Assembly (NCBI RefSeq): GCF_963921235.1
Contig: NC_086097.1
Location: forward strand, 210,740,001-210,804,000
DNA from: Mobula hypostoma
Taxonomy: Eukaryota
Direction: 5' to 3'
Length of the DNA: 64,000 nt
The notes below the pieces were generated by a model. It ran no database searches and was not told the DNA's origin. It was given only the letters and a program-made list of their open reading frames with translations. Shown here in pieces: positions 1 through 13,750 of this stretch; within the stretch, counting starts at the first letter, position 1; each line of letters starts with the position of its first letter. The position numbers and the translations under genes are program-made.

Positions 1-1604
1 TAATCTGATAATAAATTTTACTTTGAATGTAGAACTTTTTTTGAACTTTGACCTCCTTTCACTATTCTTACATCTCCAACCAACCGCTGCTGCATCCTGC
101 ACCTCTTCCTTACCTAGTCTGAAGAGCAGGGAAGACAGTAGAGCTGGCAGTTCTTCTAAAGTCTTATCATGATTTAGAAGATTGATGCAACTCCTACTGA
201 AACAATAATGTTGAGTTTAAGCGAGGCTGGGAATCTGCCTAGATAAATCTCTAATGAATGTTTGTAAAGCTGAACTTCATAACAGTCTTGAGTGAAATGA
301 GAATTAGCGTTTTCCCAGTGAGGTTTTCTACTGCTTTCCATTATTGTGCTTCAGAGAATGATTGATTAACTGCAGTTACATGCACCACCCCTGCATTGAT
401 GTATATCTGAAACAGAAATAAGGATTCTAACAGTAACATTACATCCACAGTCTGAACAGATTTTATGAACAACTATGCTCACAGTAAATGGGAAATAATA
501 TTCTAAATGGGAGTATGTTATAAAATAATTATTATCCCAGAAAGTAATAATTTTAGTTAGTGTGGACTCTTTTCATTTACCTACAATGCACATGGACTTA
601 AAACCTCCCAAAAGCCCTGCTCCAGCCCAAATGAATAATAAAAAAAAACGCAGATGCAGGAAATCTAAAATGAAAACCAGGATTGCTGAGATTATTCAGC
701 AGGTCATGTAGTACCTGTGGAGAGAAACAAAGGGCTAATATTTCAATTCAATGAATCTTTACAGAGACGAAAATGGGTGAAAAGACCGAAGAGAATGTTC
801 GTGAGAGAATGGAAACCAAGGTTGCCCAAGTGATACCATTGCTCTTGCTGTCCTCTGACAGAAGGATCAATCTGGAGAAGTTTGTGAGAGGAAGCTAAGA
901 CAGAAAAAAAACCTGAAATACCTTTTGATTGCACTTCATAGGTTCTAAATCTTAGAATTCTCTCTCCAACACAATTGGAGCGCCCTTTATCAGCAGTGGT
1001 TAAAGAAGGCTATGCATCCACCACCTCCTCAAGGACAGCATGTGTGAGTAATAAACGCTGGCCTTGCTAAGAATGATCTTCACATCCCAGAAAATAAACA
1101 ATTACTGTAAAATTGGCATTCCGTCTTATTTTCTTTAATAAATGCATTATTCTATTTACCTCTCTTTCCACTTCTTGCACACACTTTCCCTATCTGCCAG
1201 AGCGAGGTTTGAGAGTCTTAATTCATGCACTGGAACTGGTTGCTAGGAGGTGTGAGGCCAGCTAAGTGTTTTTTTGCTTCGTACTCCCTCTCTGTGAAAT
1301 TGTAATAGATAGCAATCTCCTCACCCCCCCTCCCCCAGCTGTGAAGCGCTTTTGAAATGTGAAAATACAATGAGTAGAATTGAATCATACCACTCTATTA
1401 ATGCATGACCCAAAAGTTTACATCCTTTAAAATATGGTATCCACTGTATTTTCTTTTGTCTTTTTACCAGTCAAATTAGCTGACATGAAATACAACGTCT
1501 CTGTGTGAAATATTTTGTACTGCTGCATCCAATGAATTTGTACATTTTAAGAGTAGAGAGTATTCTGACTACTTTCTGGGAAAATGTTTTTTTTCTCTCT
1601 GTAG

Positions 1605-1770
1605 GGCCTTTCTGATTGACAGAAGTACTTTCTCTCACTATTTGTAATAGATGAAAAGGCACAGTATAAATTTCTGATAGTGAACTGACACACAGGCTGT
1701 TGAAGCATCAAGAACAAAGTGATATTTGGCAGTGAGAAATTGATCTTAGGGAAGGAGCTGCCCACAGTGA
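1605..1770 (+). other. Candidate non-coding (UTR or lncRNA) exon
   Basis: Strong acceptor ttttttttctctctgtAG ends at 1604; overlapping donors GTGAGT (1767) and GTAAGT (1771). All three frames contain stops. Lies in TE-poor sequence. Confidence 0.25.
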
Positions 1771-4071
1771 GTAAGTATTTAAATGTTTGTTCAGAGCATT
1801 TGGAAAAAAACGAATGGTTTGGAATTTAGACTCCCTATGTTGCATAACCAAGAAGTCTTTTTCTGTTTCACCTTCATTTCCATAACTTCACACTTCCATA
1901 ACTTTTACCCCTTTCTTTTGATCTTTTGAATTTCTTCTCAGATGTGACTCCATGGGGATAGGTAACACCCAACCTATTTAATATGTGTGAACTCAGGCAA
2001 ATTGTGTTGTATTCTTTTTTGTACAAAGGCATCACAACCTGTTGTACTCCTTCACTGATCATTGTCCAAGTGCACTTTCATATCATTAGGTCTTCCAGCG
2101 TCCAGAAGAGGGAATCACGGGGAAAAGTCTAACACTTAGATAATTTAATCAATTTGGAAACGTAAGTTTCAGGAGTTAACTCAGAACTTGGTTCCCACGA
2201 TCCAAACTGGACTTCTGTAACCCAGAAGATATTTTATCTATCTGGATATTTGCAGTACAAGTTTGTACACCAAGGACATTCCAAGCTTCACTTTGAAAGA
2301 TATATCAAGCTTTTTATTTTGAAACCAAACAAATAACCTGTCATTTCAAATATACTGTAGAATTTGTATTGCTGAAATAGAACAAACTGGGATTATTGAT
2401 ATTCTGATTTACATGCATTTTCCCTTTTATGCTTCAATGAAAAGACTTGGATATTTTGTTAGAGGTGTTATATATGCTGTTATTGATTCAAACAATTCTT
2501 TGATGAATATGCTTATTTTCAAAGGAAGATAAATCCTTCAAGTGATGTTTGTAACTATTTCATCAGTTTTCACTTTCATCTGATCATGTCAGAACAATAA
2601 AGATGTTTGGTGGCTTTGGGTTAAAATATTCACATGAAAGGAACTTTCACTGAACTGAAATATTATGTCATTGATAATCATATTTCCTTCAGCCATTCGA
2701 GTCTTTGTTGCTCTCATATATTGTTAGCTTGGAGCTTATTGTGTGGAAGATCTAAGCAAGCTCAACAATTTTAGCTCATTAGGATAGTTTATGGATCTTA
2801 AAAATCCTTTCTATTTTCATGTCTGGACTTCTTTGAAGATATTGTCTTATTTCCACTTTCCATAAACTAAACCTGACATTTGTAATTTCTTGCTTTTCGA
2901 GTTAATGATTTTTCTACAGATATGATATTAATTCAATTTTTTTTGCAAGAGTTATCAGTAGGTCATTATACAAAAAAATTCCCTATTTCTAGCTTTTGTT
3001 GGCATGTGATAACAATCCAATGGACTCACTGTTGCCCAGCATCCAAGATGACATTAGCTTGACTGTCAGAATTCCCACAAACAGAAAACTAGGGTACATT
3101 TTTAGTTAACTCCTGGCACAAAATAAGATGGACTTCAAAATACATAGATACACTTAAATTAGAAGGCAATTGTTACTGAATAATGTTATAAAATAAGATT
3201 TAAAAAGCCCTGTATATTTTCAAAGTGATGAGGTAAAGAAATTGCAAAACAGTTTTGAAGGATAGTCGTACAGATAAAATTTGCTAATTAAAAACTAATT
3301 ATTTGACTTCCATTAATATTTCCAGCAGGCAATGTAAACATCAAAATCAGAATCAGAAAGGTAGGTCTGGTCTGCGGGTTGAGATTCTAAATTGAAGAGA
3401 GGGCAATTTTGATGGTCAGAAATGATCTGGCAAGGGTGGATTGATAGCCAAGGTTCCCTGGCTGTTTTCTGGCAAAAGTGTACATGGAAAGTAGGAGGCC
3501 TTCAAAAATGAAATTTTGCAAGTGCAAAGATTGTATGTGCCTGTCAGAATAAAAGATAAAGAAAAACAAATGTAGGGAACCTTAGCTATCAAGAGGTATC
3601 GAGCCCTAGTTAAAAGAAAAAATAAGTTGCATAGCAGGTATACAGTAGGGAAGTAGGAACAAATGATATGCTTATGGATTATAAGAAATGCCAGAGAACA
3701 TTTAAGAAAGAAATCAGGAAGGCTGAAAGAAAGCATGGAGTTGTTCTAGTAGACAATGGGAAGGAGGATCCCAAGGGATTCAACAGATATGTTAAGAACA
3801 AAAGGATTGCAAGGGACAAAATTGGTCCTCTGGAAGACCAGAATGATAATCCATGTGTGGAGCCAAAACAGGTGGGAGAGAGCTTAAATGAATTCTTTAC
3901 ATCCTTATTTACTAAGGAGACAGATACAGAGTCTATAGAAGTGAGGCAAAGCAGCATCAACTTCATGGACCCTGTACAGATTACAGAGGAGGGGGTGTTT
4001 GTTACTCTGAGGCAAATCAGTGCAGATAGACCCCCCAGGGGCTGACAAGGTGTTCCCTCAGACCCTGCGGG

Positions 4072-4466
4072 AGTCATGGTCCTGTCCATGAAGTCTGCAC
4101 TCCGGTTCACGTTCTGATCCATGGTTCCTTGTTCCGGGGTTTCTGGTTTTCCCCAGTTTCTGTTGTGAGCACATGATTCTCGTTTTGGGGCTGAGACATA
4201 AATACCTCTGCAAACCAGGGATTCGCTGCTGGACTGTCCTTGTCTTTTCCCTCTTGCCTGACTTTTTGCCTGGTTCTGGGGCCTGAGCCCAAGGCAAGAC
4301 CCAGGTTCTGGGTCCTTGTCCAGCCTCTGGTTCGGTGTCCAAGCCCAAGTCTGTGTTCTTGTCCCTGCTCCTTGTTTGTATCCTGTCACGTCCCCACTCT
4401 AGTCGAGTCTTGTTCCTTGTACTTCAGTGTCTGTGTCTTGCATTTGTGTCCGCTACCATTGTGACA
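4072..4466 (+). mobile_element. Internally deleted solo LTR, same family as 43105-44468
   Basis: Begins (a)GTCATGGTCC and ends GTGACA. Both ends align with 43105-44468. Flanked by 5-bp TSD gcggg/acggg (one mismatch) inside CR1 ORF2. Confidence 0.75.
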
Positions 4467-5422
4467 ACGGGAGGCAAGTGCAGAAATTGCTGGGGCCTTA
4501 GCAGAGATATTTAAAATATACTTAGCTACAGAGGAGATACATGATGATTGGAGGATAGCCGATGTTGTTCCACTGTTTAAAAAAGGCTCTAAACAGAAGC
4601 CAGGAATTAAACTATAGATTGGTGAGTCTGACGTCAGATGTGAGAAAGTTATTGGAAGGTATTCTAAGGAATTATTTGGATAGACATGGACTGATTAAGG
4701 ATAGCCAGCATAGCTTCGTGCATGGTAGGTCATGTCTAACCAATCTTATAGAGGTTTTCGAGGAAGTTACCAGGAAAGTGAATGAAGGCAAGGCAGTGGA
4801 TGTTGTCTACATGGACCTTAGTAAGGCATTTGTCAAGGTCCCTCATGGGAGGCTGTTCAAGAAGGTTCAGTCACTCAGCATCCAGGATGAGGTAGTAAAC
4901 TGGATGAGACATTAACTTTGTGGGAGAAGCCAGGGAGTGATAACAAAGGGCTGCCTCTCTGACTGGAGGCCTATGACTAGTGGTGGGCTGCAGGGATCAG
5001 TGTTGGGTCCTTTGTTGTTTGTCAATATCAATGATCTGGATAATAATGTGGTTAACTTGATGAGCAAATTTGTGGATGACACCAAGATTGGGAGTGTAGT
5101 GGACAGTGAGAAAGGCTATCATGGCTTGCAGAGGGATTTTTTCTGCATCAGCTGGAAAAATAGCAGCTGAAATTTAATGTAGACAAGTGTAAGCTGTTGC
5201 ACTTCAGTAGGATCAACCAGAGTAGGTCTTACACAGTGAACAATTGGGGCACTGAGGAGTGTGGTAGAACAAAGGGATCTGGGAATACAGGTCCATAATT
5301 CGCTGAAAATGGTGTACAAGGTAGCTAGGGTCATAAAGAAAGCTTTTGGCACATTGGCCTTCATAAATCAATGTACTGAGTACAGGAGATGGGATGTTAT
5401 GTTGAAGTTGTATAAGACATTG

Positions 5423-8400
5423 TTGTGCAGTCGTTAAGTCAAGTCTGACTCTACGTGACCGTATGGACTCCTGCACACCAAGCCTTCTTATTGAAAACTG
5501 CCTCTCTAAGATCCCCCAAGGTCATACACATTGTCTGAGTAATATTATCAAACCATCGTAGCCTCTGTCGTCCTCTCCTTCTTTTATTTTACCTTCTGTT
5601 TTACCCAGCATGAGAGTCTTCTCCAAGGAATCCTGTCTTCTCATGACGTGGCTAAAATATTTGAGATTTTGTCTGATAATCAAGCCTCCTAGTGAGCAGT
5701 CTGGCTGTACTTCTCCAAGTATTGACTTGTTGGATCTTCTTGCTGTCCAATGAACCCATAACACTTTCCTTCAGTATCCAAATTCAAAGGAGTCGATTCT
5801 TCTGTATTGAGCCTTACTAATAGTCCAGCTCTCACTGCCATACATCACTACTGGAAATACCATAGACTTGACTATACGGATCTTCATAGACAATGTTATG
5901 TCACTGCTCTTCAGTATTTTAGTTAAATTTTCCATTGTTACCCTACCCAGAAGTAGGCACCATTTAATTTCATGGCTGCAGTTACCATCTATAGAAATCT
6001 TTGAACCGAGGAAGGCAAAATTCATCACTGCTTCCACTTCCTTTCCATTTATTACCACGGAGTTAATAGGGCTGGTCGAGATAATCTTGTTTTTCTTAAT
6101 ACTGAGCAACAAGCCAGCTTTTGCACTTTCTTATTTCACTTTGATTAGAATCTTCCTCAGATCCTCCTCACTTTCAGCCATTAGAGTAGTATCATCTGCA
6201 TATCTGAGGTTGTTAATATTTTGTCTGGCAATTTTGATTCCAACGTTTGTGTCCTCCAGACCAGCGTTCCTCATGATGTGTTCAGTATATTGATTAAATA
6301 AGTAGGCTGCCAATATGCTGCCTTGTCAAATCCTTTCCCAATCTCGAACCAGTTTGTTGTTCTGTGTTCAGTTCTGACTGCCGCTTATTGATCTTCGAAC
6401 AAGTTTCTCATAAGGCAGATCAGATGACCAGGTATCCCCATTTCTTTAAGGATTTGCCATAGTTTATTACGGTGCACACTGTGAAAGGCTTTAGAGTAGT
6501 CAATTAAACATAGATAAATACTGTTCTGGAATTCCCTCAATTTCTCCATTATCCAGTGTAGGTTAGCAATTTGGTCTCTGGTACCTCTGCCTCTTCTAAA
6601 ACCAGCGTGTACATCTGACAGTTCTCGTTCCATATATTGCTGGAGTCTTGCTTTCATGATCTTTAGCATTACCTTACTAGCATGTGAAATTAGTAAAATT
6701 GTTCAGTAATTTGAACATTCCTTTACATTTCCCTTCTTAGGAATGGGGATATTAACTGATCTTTTCCAGTCTAAAGTCCACTGTTGGGTTTTCCAGATCT
6801 GCTGGCAAATTGCATGCAACACTTTTACAGCATCACCTTTTAAAGTTTTAAACAATTCAACTGGAATCCTGTCACATCCTGTAGCTTTATTATTGGCAAT
6901 GTTTTCTATCGCCCATTCGACTTCACTTTCCAAAATGTCCGGCTCTAGATCGATGAGGGAGTCATTGCAGGTGTCTTTGCTGTTGGGATATTTCCTGTAC
7001 AATTCTTCTGTTTATTCCTGCCATCTCTTTTTGATGTCTTCTGCTTCTGTAAGGTCCTTCTCTTCTTTGTTTTTTACTATACTCATTTTTGCATGAAATG
7101 TTCCTTTGATTTCTCTAATCTTCCTGAATAGAACTCTTGTTGTTCCAATTCTGTTGGCTTCTTCAGCTTCTTTGCATTGCTCCTTTAAGTAAGTTTCCTT
7201 ATCTTTCCTTGCTATCTTCTTGAACTTTGTGTTCAGTTGGAGGTATTTGTTCCAATCTCCATTAGCCTTCACTTCCCTTCGCTGCTCAGCTGCTTGTAGA
7301 GCCTCCGCAGAAAGCCATTTTGCTTTCCTGGTCTTCTTTTTGTTTGCAATATTTTTTGCTCCTTACTTCTATCCATCATTCTTCTGGCATTCTCTCTACC
7401 AGGCTTAATCCATTGAATCTATTCTTCACCTCCACGGCAAATCCTTGAGGGATGCCTTCAACATCAGACTTTGATGATACGTTGGTTTTCCTGATGCTCT
7501 TCAGTTTCATTCTGAATATTACAACAAGCAGTTTATGGTCTGAGCCACGATCTGCTCCTGGTCTTGTTTTCGCTAACTGTATAACATTTTTCCATCTCTG
7601 ATTGCAAAGTATATAGTCAATTTGGTTTCAGTATTGACTGTCTGGTGATGTCCATGTATAGAGCTGCCCCTTAGGCTGTTGGAAGAGGGTATTTGCTATA
7701 ACCAGAGAGTTAATTTGGCAAAATTCTACCAGTCAATGTCCTACTTCATTCCCTACTCCAAGGCCAAAATTGCCCATTACTCCAGGTGTTCCATGATTTC
7801 CAACTTTGGCATTTTAGTCTCCAATGATAAATGTAACATCCATTTTTGGTGTCATATCCGGGAGGCACTACAGCTCTTCATAAAACTGGATAATTTCATC
7901 CTCTTTGGCATCTATGGCTGGAGCATAAACTTGGATCACTGTGATGCTGAAAGGCTTGCCTTGAAGTTGTATTATGATCATTCTATCATTATTGGGGTTG
8001 TGTCCAATCACTGACTTTGATACTTTTTTTGACAATTAAAGCCACTCCATTCTTTCTGCAGGCTTCCTACCCACAGTAATTGTCTGATGTAAAATGACCC
8101 ATTTCAGTCCACTTTCGTTCATTAATTCCCAATTTGTCAATGTTTAGTCTTGCCATCTCTCTTTTGACCACATCTAGCTTACCTTGATACATGGATTTAC
8201 ATTCCAGGTTCCAATGGTGTATCGATCTTTACAACATCGGACCTTCTTTCCATTTCCAGGCACATCAGCAGATGGACATCTTTTTGTCTTTAATCCAACC
8301 ACACCGTTAACTTTGGCACTACTCATACTTGTCCTCCGTTCTTCTGCATTAGTATATTGGGCACCTTCAAACCTGTGGGGCTTATCTTCTGGTGTCATTC

Positions 8401-8934
8401 TCATATATCTTTGGTTCCTTTTATCCATAGTGTTGGCGTGTGGCCAAGTGGTTAAGGCGTTCGTCTAGTGATCTGAAGGTCGCTAGTTCAAGCCTTGGCT
8501 GAGGTAGTGGGTGTGTCCTTGAGCAAGGCACTTCACCACACATTGCTCTGCGACGACACCAGTGCCAAGCTGTATGGGTCCTAATGCCCTTCCCTTGGAC
8601 AACATCGGTGGTGTGGAGAGGGGAGACTTGTAGCATGGGCAACTGCCGGTCTTCCATACAACCTTGCCCAGGCCTGCGCCCTGGAAACCTTCCAAGGCGC
8701 AAATCCATGGTCTCATGAGACTAACGGGTGCCTATTAAAAAAAAATTTAAAAATTTAAGTTTTTCTTGGCAAATTACTGGAGAGCGTTGCCATTCCCTTC
8801 TCCAGTGGACCTTACTTAGTCTGTCCTCTCTGCCATGACCTGTCCATCTTGAGTAGCTCCACATGGTATAGCTCATAGAGTCACTGAGATACACAAGTCT
8901 CCTCACCACAACAAGCTAACAGTCCATGAGGAGG
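5423..8934 (-). mobile_element. Full-length, decayed RTE-BovB LINE
   Basis: BovB-like peptides: KARLQQYMERELSDVHAGFRRGRGTRDQIAN, NINNLRYADDTTLMAESEEDL, MVFPVVMYGSESWT, and APE start IGTWNV. BovB-like 5' UTR (ggtccactggagaagggaatggcaa). 13-bp TSD gtataagacattg at 5410-5422 and 8935-8947. Multiple stops and frameshifts. Confidence 0.93.
8432..8758 (+). mobile_element. tRNA-derived SINE inserted in the BovB 5' region
   Basis: tRNA-like head with A box TGGCCAAGTGG (8441-8451) and B-box-like AGTTCAAGCC. Conserved SINE body motif GTGTCCTTGAGCAAGGCACTT. A-rich tail. BovB sequence resumes on both sides. Confidence 0.85.
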
Positions 8935-9854
8935 GTATAAGACATTGGTGAGGCCTAATTTGGAGTATTGTGTGCAATTTTGGTCACCTACCAACAGGAA
9001 AGATGTAAACAAGGTTTAAAGAGTACAGAGAAAAATTTTACAAGGATGTTGCCGGGTCTGGGGAACCTATGTTATAAGGAAAGATTGAATAGGTTAGGAC
9101 TGTATTCTTTAGAACATAGAAGATTGAGAGGAGATTTGATAGAGGATTACAAAATTATGAGGAGTATAGATAGGTTAAGGGCAAACAGGCTTTTTCCACT
9201 GAGGTTGTATGGGACTACAACCTGAGGTCATGGGTGAAGGGTGAAAGGTGAGAGGTTTAAGGGGAACATGAAGGGGAACTTCTTCATTCAGAGGGTAGTG
9301 AGAATGTAAGTGAGCTGCCAGCACAAGTGCTGCATGAAGGCTCGATTCCAACGCTTAAGAGAAGTTTGGATAGGTTACGTGGATGGTAGGGCTATGGAGG
9401 GCTATGGTCCCAGAGCAGGTCAATGGCAGTAGGCAGTTTAAATGGTTTTAGCATTCACTAGATGGGCCAAAGGTCATGTTACTCTGCTGTACATCACTAT
9501 GGCTCTATGACTCTAATCAGATTTGCTTTATTGCCAGTATGCGAAACATACCAAAATTAATTGTGGTTCGGTGCCAAGTATAAAACACAGGACAATACCA
9601 CAACACATAACACAATAGCAACCAACAACTTGCAAGGCAATAGTGCAAACAGCCATGAGCAATTAACAATCAGCAGAATAGCTACTTGTGCAAATGTCAA
9701 TAATTGAACTTAAATTAATGTGAACGTATGAACAGACTGAATAATGTCAAGAAAACAAGGAGAGCAGGAAAGACCATTTAATGGATGTTGTGCGGGGAGA
9801 AAGGGTGTTACACCTGAGTGAATTTTGTTGAGAATAATATGAGCCATTAAGACA

Positions 9855-10790
9855 ATAAGACCAGAAGACGCAGAAGCTGAATAGACCATTCAGTGCTTTA
9901 GTCTGCTGTGCCACTCAAATGCGGCTAATTTATTATCCCTCTAATCCCCATTCTCCACCCTTTTCCCCTAACCATTTATGCACCTACTAAACAAGAACCT
10001 CTCAACATGCGCTTTAAGTATATCCCATAACTTGGCCTCCTTAGCCTTCCGTGACAGTGAATTCCACAGCTTCACCTTCCTTGGGCTGAAGAACTTCCTC
10101 CTCATCTCTGATGTAAAGAGACATCCTTCTATTCTGAGGCTGTTCCCTCTGATCTCTACGATATGAAACATGCTCTCCACATCCACTCTATCTGGGCCTT
10201 TCAATATTCAATAGGTTTCAGTGACACCCCACTCATTATTCTAAACTTTAGTGAGTACAGTCCCAGAGCCATCAAATGCTCCTCAAGCGTTAAACCTTCC
10301 ATTACCAGTATCATTCTTGTGAGCCTCCTCTGGACCCTCTCCAATGCCACCACATCCCTTCTTAGATAATGGGCCCAAAATTGTTCACAATCCTCCAAAT
10401 GTGTCCTGACCACTGCCATATAATCCCTCAGCATTATATCTTTGCTTTTATATTCTAGTTCTCACAAAATGAATGCTAACATTACATTTGCCTTCCTTAC
10501 CATTGACTCAACCTTCAATTTTCCTTTAAGTTTCAAGTCCTTTTGCACCTCTGATTAATGATTTCTCCCCAATTAGAAAATAGTCTACACCTTTATCCTT
10601 TCTACCAAAGGGCATGACCATACACTTCCCCACACTATATTCTATCTGCCACTACTTTGCCCATTTTCCTAATTTGTCTAAGTCCTTCTGCAGACTTCCT
10701 GCTTCCTCAACACCACCTGCCCCTCCACCTATCTTCGTATCATCCACAAACTTGGCCACAGAGCCAGTAATTCAATCATCCAAATCACAT
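9855..10790 (-). mobile_element. CR1 LINE 3' fragment
   Basis: Minus-strand peptide VRTHLEDCEQFWAHYLRRDVVALERVQRRLTRMI, followed by a CR1 3' UTR. Confidence 0.85.
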
Positions 10791-11529
10791 GATCTTCCTT
10801 CTTGAACAGCTTACTTACTATTCTAGTGCAGCTGGCTGCAAACCAGGCAGCCTTTGTAAGATCACTGAATCAGTGACGGCAACCGAGATCAATAGAATCA
10901 AGGAATAAGAGTTAATGCAGCAAAGTGGCATTAAGATAAAAGATTATCCATGATAACAGAGCATGCACAAGGGGCTGAATAATCTAATCCTTATTTGGCC
11001 TTGTGTTCTTCTGTTCTAATTTTGGGATTTTGATTTTGAAATGTGCTGAAAAAATACTGAATTTGCTGCCATTCAAGGAATAATGTCAAAATTAATATTT
11101 TGCCATCATTACAGTTGCAAAATCTGAGACAAAGTGCCAAGACATCTGATGAAATCTTCCAAAACTCTTTGAAAGCCCCTTCTTAACTACAATAAGGAAT
11201 GGGTAGTAAGCTAGGGTAGAAATCTCTGAATTGTTGTCTGTGCCACATGCCAGTGAGGGTAAGAATAGAATGATTTGGCAGAGGAACTGATGCTAGAGTC
11301 TGGGGTTCAGATTTCTGGATCATTTGGAACTCTTCTGGGGAAGGTACAACTTGTACAAAAGGAACAGGCTAAACCAGAGCCCAACAGGGACCAATATCCT
11401 TGTGAGCAGGTTTTCTTGAGCTGTTCGTTTAAATGTGATAGGGCTGAAAATGGAGTAGCTGGTTTACAAATAGAGGCCGTGTGCAGTGAAACTGCTAGCA
11501 AGGAGGGCAAAATTGCAGGTGACAGTATG

Positions 11530-11766
11530 AGTTGCATTGTAAAAGGGGAAACAAATTGAACAGTGTGATGAATACAGGACAGAAAGTGTTATATTGGAAT
11601 GCATGCAGTATACAAAATAAAGTAGATGTAGTGCAGTTACAGATTGGCATGTATGGCATTTGTGGGCATTACTGAATCATGGCTGAGAAAAGGTTATAGC
11701 TGGGACCTTAACGTCAGAGGATACACAATGTATTGAAAGGACAATCAGGTAGGCAGAGGGGCTGGT
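11530..11766 (+). mobile_element. CR1 endonuclease-start fragment
   Basis: Resembles CR1 APE starts elsewhere in the window (KVLYWNACSIQNKVD, then GITESWL). Confidence 0.65.
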
Positions 11767-12636
11767 GTAGCTCCTTGGTCTTGCTGACATTGAGTGAGAG
11801 GTTGCTGTTGTGGCACCACTCAGCCAGATTTTCAATCTGCGATCTATATGCTGATTCATCATCTTCTCTAGTTTGGCTTGCAACAGTGGAGTAGATGTTG
11901 TTAGCAGTCCAAACTGACCGGCTCTGCAAGTGAGTAAATCGAGGATCCAATTGCACAAGGAGTATTGAGGCCAAGGTCTTGAAGCATTCTTTAGTTTTGA
12001 GGGGCTGATGGTACTGAATGCCGAGCTGTAGTCAATAAAATACATCCTGATGTATGCATCTTTGCTATCCAGATGATCCAGGTTGAGCGAAGAGCCAATG
12101 AGATGGTGTTCGCTGTGGACCTTTTGCTCCAGTAGGCAAATTGGAGCAGATCCACCTTGCTTCTCAGGCAGGAGTTGATATGCTTCATCACCAACTTCTC
12201 AAATCACTTCATCACTGTGGATGTAAGTGCTACTGGATTGTGGTCATCAAAGTTCTAAGTAAAATTTAAGGTAAAATTTATTATCTGTATACATGCAAGT
12301 CACCACATACAACTTGGAGTTTTTTTGTCTGTGGGCATACTTAGCAAATCTATAGACCAGTAACAGTAAACAGGATCAATGGACAACGAACTGTGCAAAT
12401 AGAAATATAAATAAATAGCAATAAATAATGAGCATGAAATAAGAAGATAAAGAGTGCTTAAAGTAAGACCATCAGTTCCGGGAACACTAGAAGTAGAATA
12501 AGTGTAGTTATCCCCCTTTGTTCAAGAGCCTAATGGTTGAGGGGTAGTAACTGTTCTTGAACCTGGTGGTGTGAGTTCTGAGGCACCTGTACGTTCTACC
12601 TGATGGCAGCAGCGAGAAAAGGGCATGGCCTGGGTG
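11767..12636 (-). mobile_element. Rex/Babar-type LINE fragments (RT piece plus a 3' end)
   Basis: Peptides [53 protein letters not shown] Rex-type 3' UTR occupies 12250-12636. Confidence 0.8.
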
Positions 12637-12664
12637 CATTATAAATGAAAATGCCAATATCTTA

Positions 12665-12845
12665 AGGAGTTTTGTTCATTCTCCCCATGTCCATGTGGGT
12701 TACACTGGGTGCTCTGGTTTCCTCTCACCTTCCACAGATGTACAGGTTAGTAGGTTAATTTGTCACATGGGCGATGTGACAATTGGCTCATGTGGGCTCG
12801 TTGGGTCAGAAGGGTTTGTTACCATGCTGTGCCTCGAAATAAATA
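12665..12845 (+). mobile_element. V-SINE fragment
   Basis: V-domain-like ggagttttgttcattctccccatgtccatgtggg...gggtgctctggtttcctc. Confidence 0.7.
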
Positions 12846-13076
12846 GAATCTAACTAAGGCTGATCTGCTACTGGACTTTCTGTAGGTACAATGTTACCTG
12901 TCATTCAGCAAGTCTCACATTTGCAAGTGTGATAACAAATGCCTGATATTTACTGAAGTTTTGAAAAACTTATCACCAGCATTTCTAGTCAGAACCACTG
13001 ACTTCAGCATGGATTCTACCTCATTGCTGGTTCCTAGTTTGTGCATCTTTTTCACTTACCCATACTATCTTGTACT

Positions 13077-13365
13077 GAACATAGAACATAGAATAGTACA
13101 GCCCATTACAGGCCCTTCAGCCCACAATGTTGTGCCGACCCTCAAACCCTACCTCCCATATAACCCCCCCACCTTAAATTCCTCCATATACCTGTCTAGT
13201 AGTCTCTTAAACTTCACTAGTGTATCTGCCTCCACCACTGACTCAGGCAGTGCATTCCACGCACCAACCACTCTCTGAGTAAAAAACCTTCCTCTAATAT
13301 CCCCCTTGAACTTCCCACCCCTTACCCTAAAGCCATGTCCTCTTGTATTGAGCAGAGGTGCCCTC
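13077..13365 (-). mobile_element. Young CR1 3' end
   Basis: (aacatag)n tail and CR1 3' UTR or ORF2 end on the minus strand. Confidence 0.8.
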
Positions 13366-13519
13366 TGAGAAATTAAAATTATTCATTTGACAAAATTAAA
13401 AACCAATTTTACTATTGTTTGGGGCTGTTGGTAGATTTTGTTTTCCAAATGGTGAAGATACTTTACTTACAGAATCTGAGATCACATTGGGCCTTGAAGA
13501 TAACTTCATTGAATTCATG

Positions 13520-13750
13520 AGCAACACACACAAAATGCTGGAGGAGCTCAGCAAGTCAGACAGTATCTATGGAAAGGAATCAATAGTCAATGTTTTGGAC
13601 CAAAGTCCTTCTGCAGGACTGGAAAGGAAGGGGGCAGAAGCCAGAACTGAAAGGTGAGAGATCAGGAAGGAGAACAAACAGGTGAGGAGAAAGGTGGGTG
13701 GATGGGGGAGGGGAATAAAGTAAAAAGCTGGGAGTTGAGAGGTAGAAGAG
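13520..13750 (-). mobile_element. Penelope pseudo-LTR fragment
   Basis: caacacacacaaaatgctggaggagctcagc... matches the pLTR arms at 52645 and 36462 and the reverse complement of the 3' end of the PLE at 47640-47760. Confidence 0.7.

Larger units (their letters stand above)
3540..9513 (+). mobile_element. CR1 LINE (5'-truncated ORF2/RT plus 3' UTR), interrupted by a solo LTR and a BovB element
   Basis: RT peptides [63 protein letters not shown] at ~5400 resumes as YKTLVRPNLEY at 8936. Ends in a ctatg-type tail near 9500. Confidence 0.9.

Noticed and set aside
3679..4389. 236-aa minus-strand ORF
   Set aside because: Chance antisense read-through across a solo LTR and CR1 ORF2.
8432..8505. tRNA gene
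   Set aside because: The acceptor stem is not closed and it runs into a SINE body and A-rich tail.
8780..8934. HDV-like ribozyme at the RTE 5' end
   Set aside because: Known for some RTEs, but I could not build the nested double pseudoknot by eye from this decayed copy.
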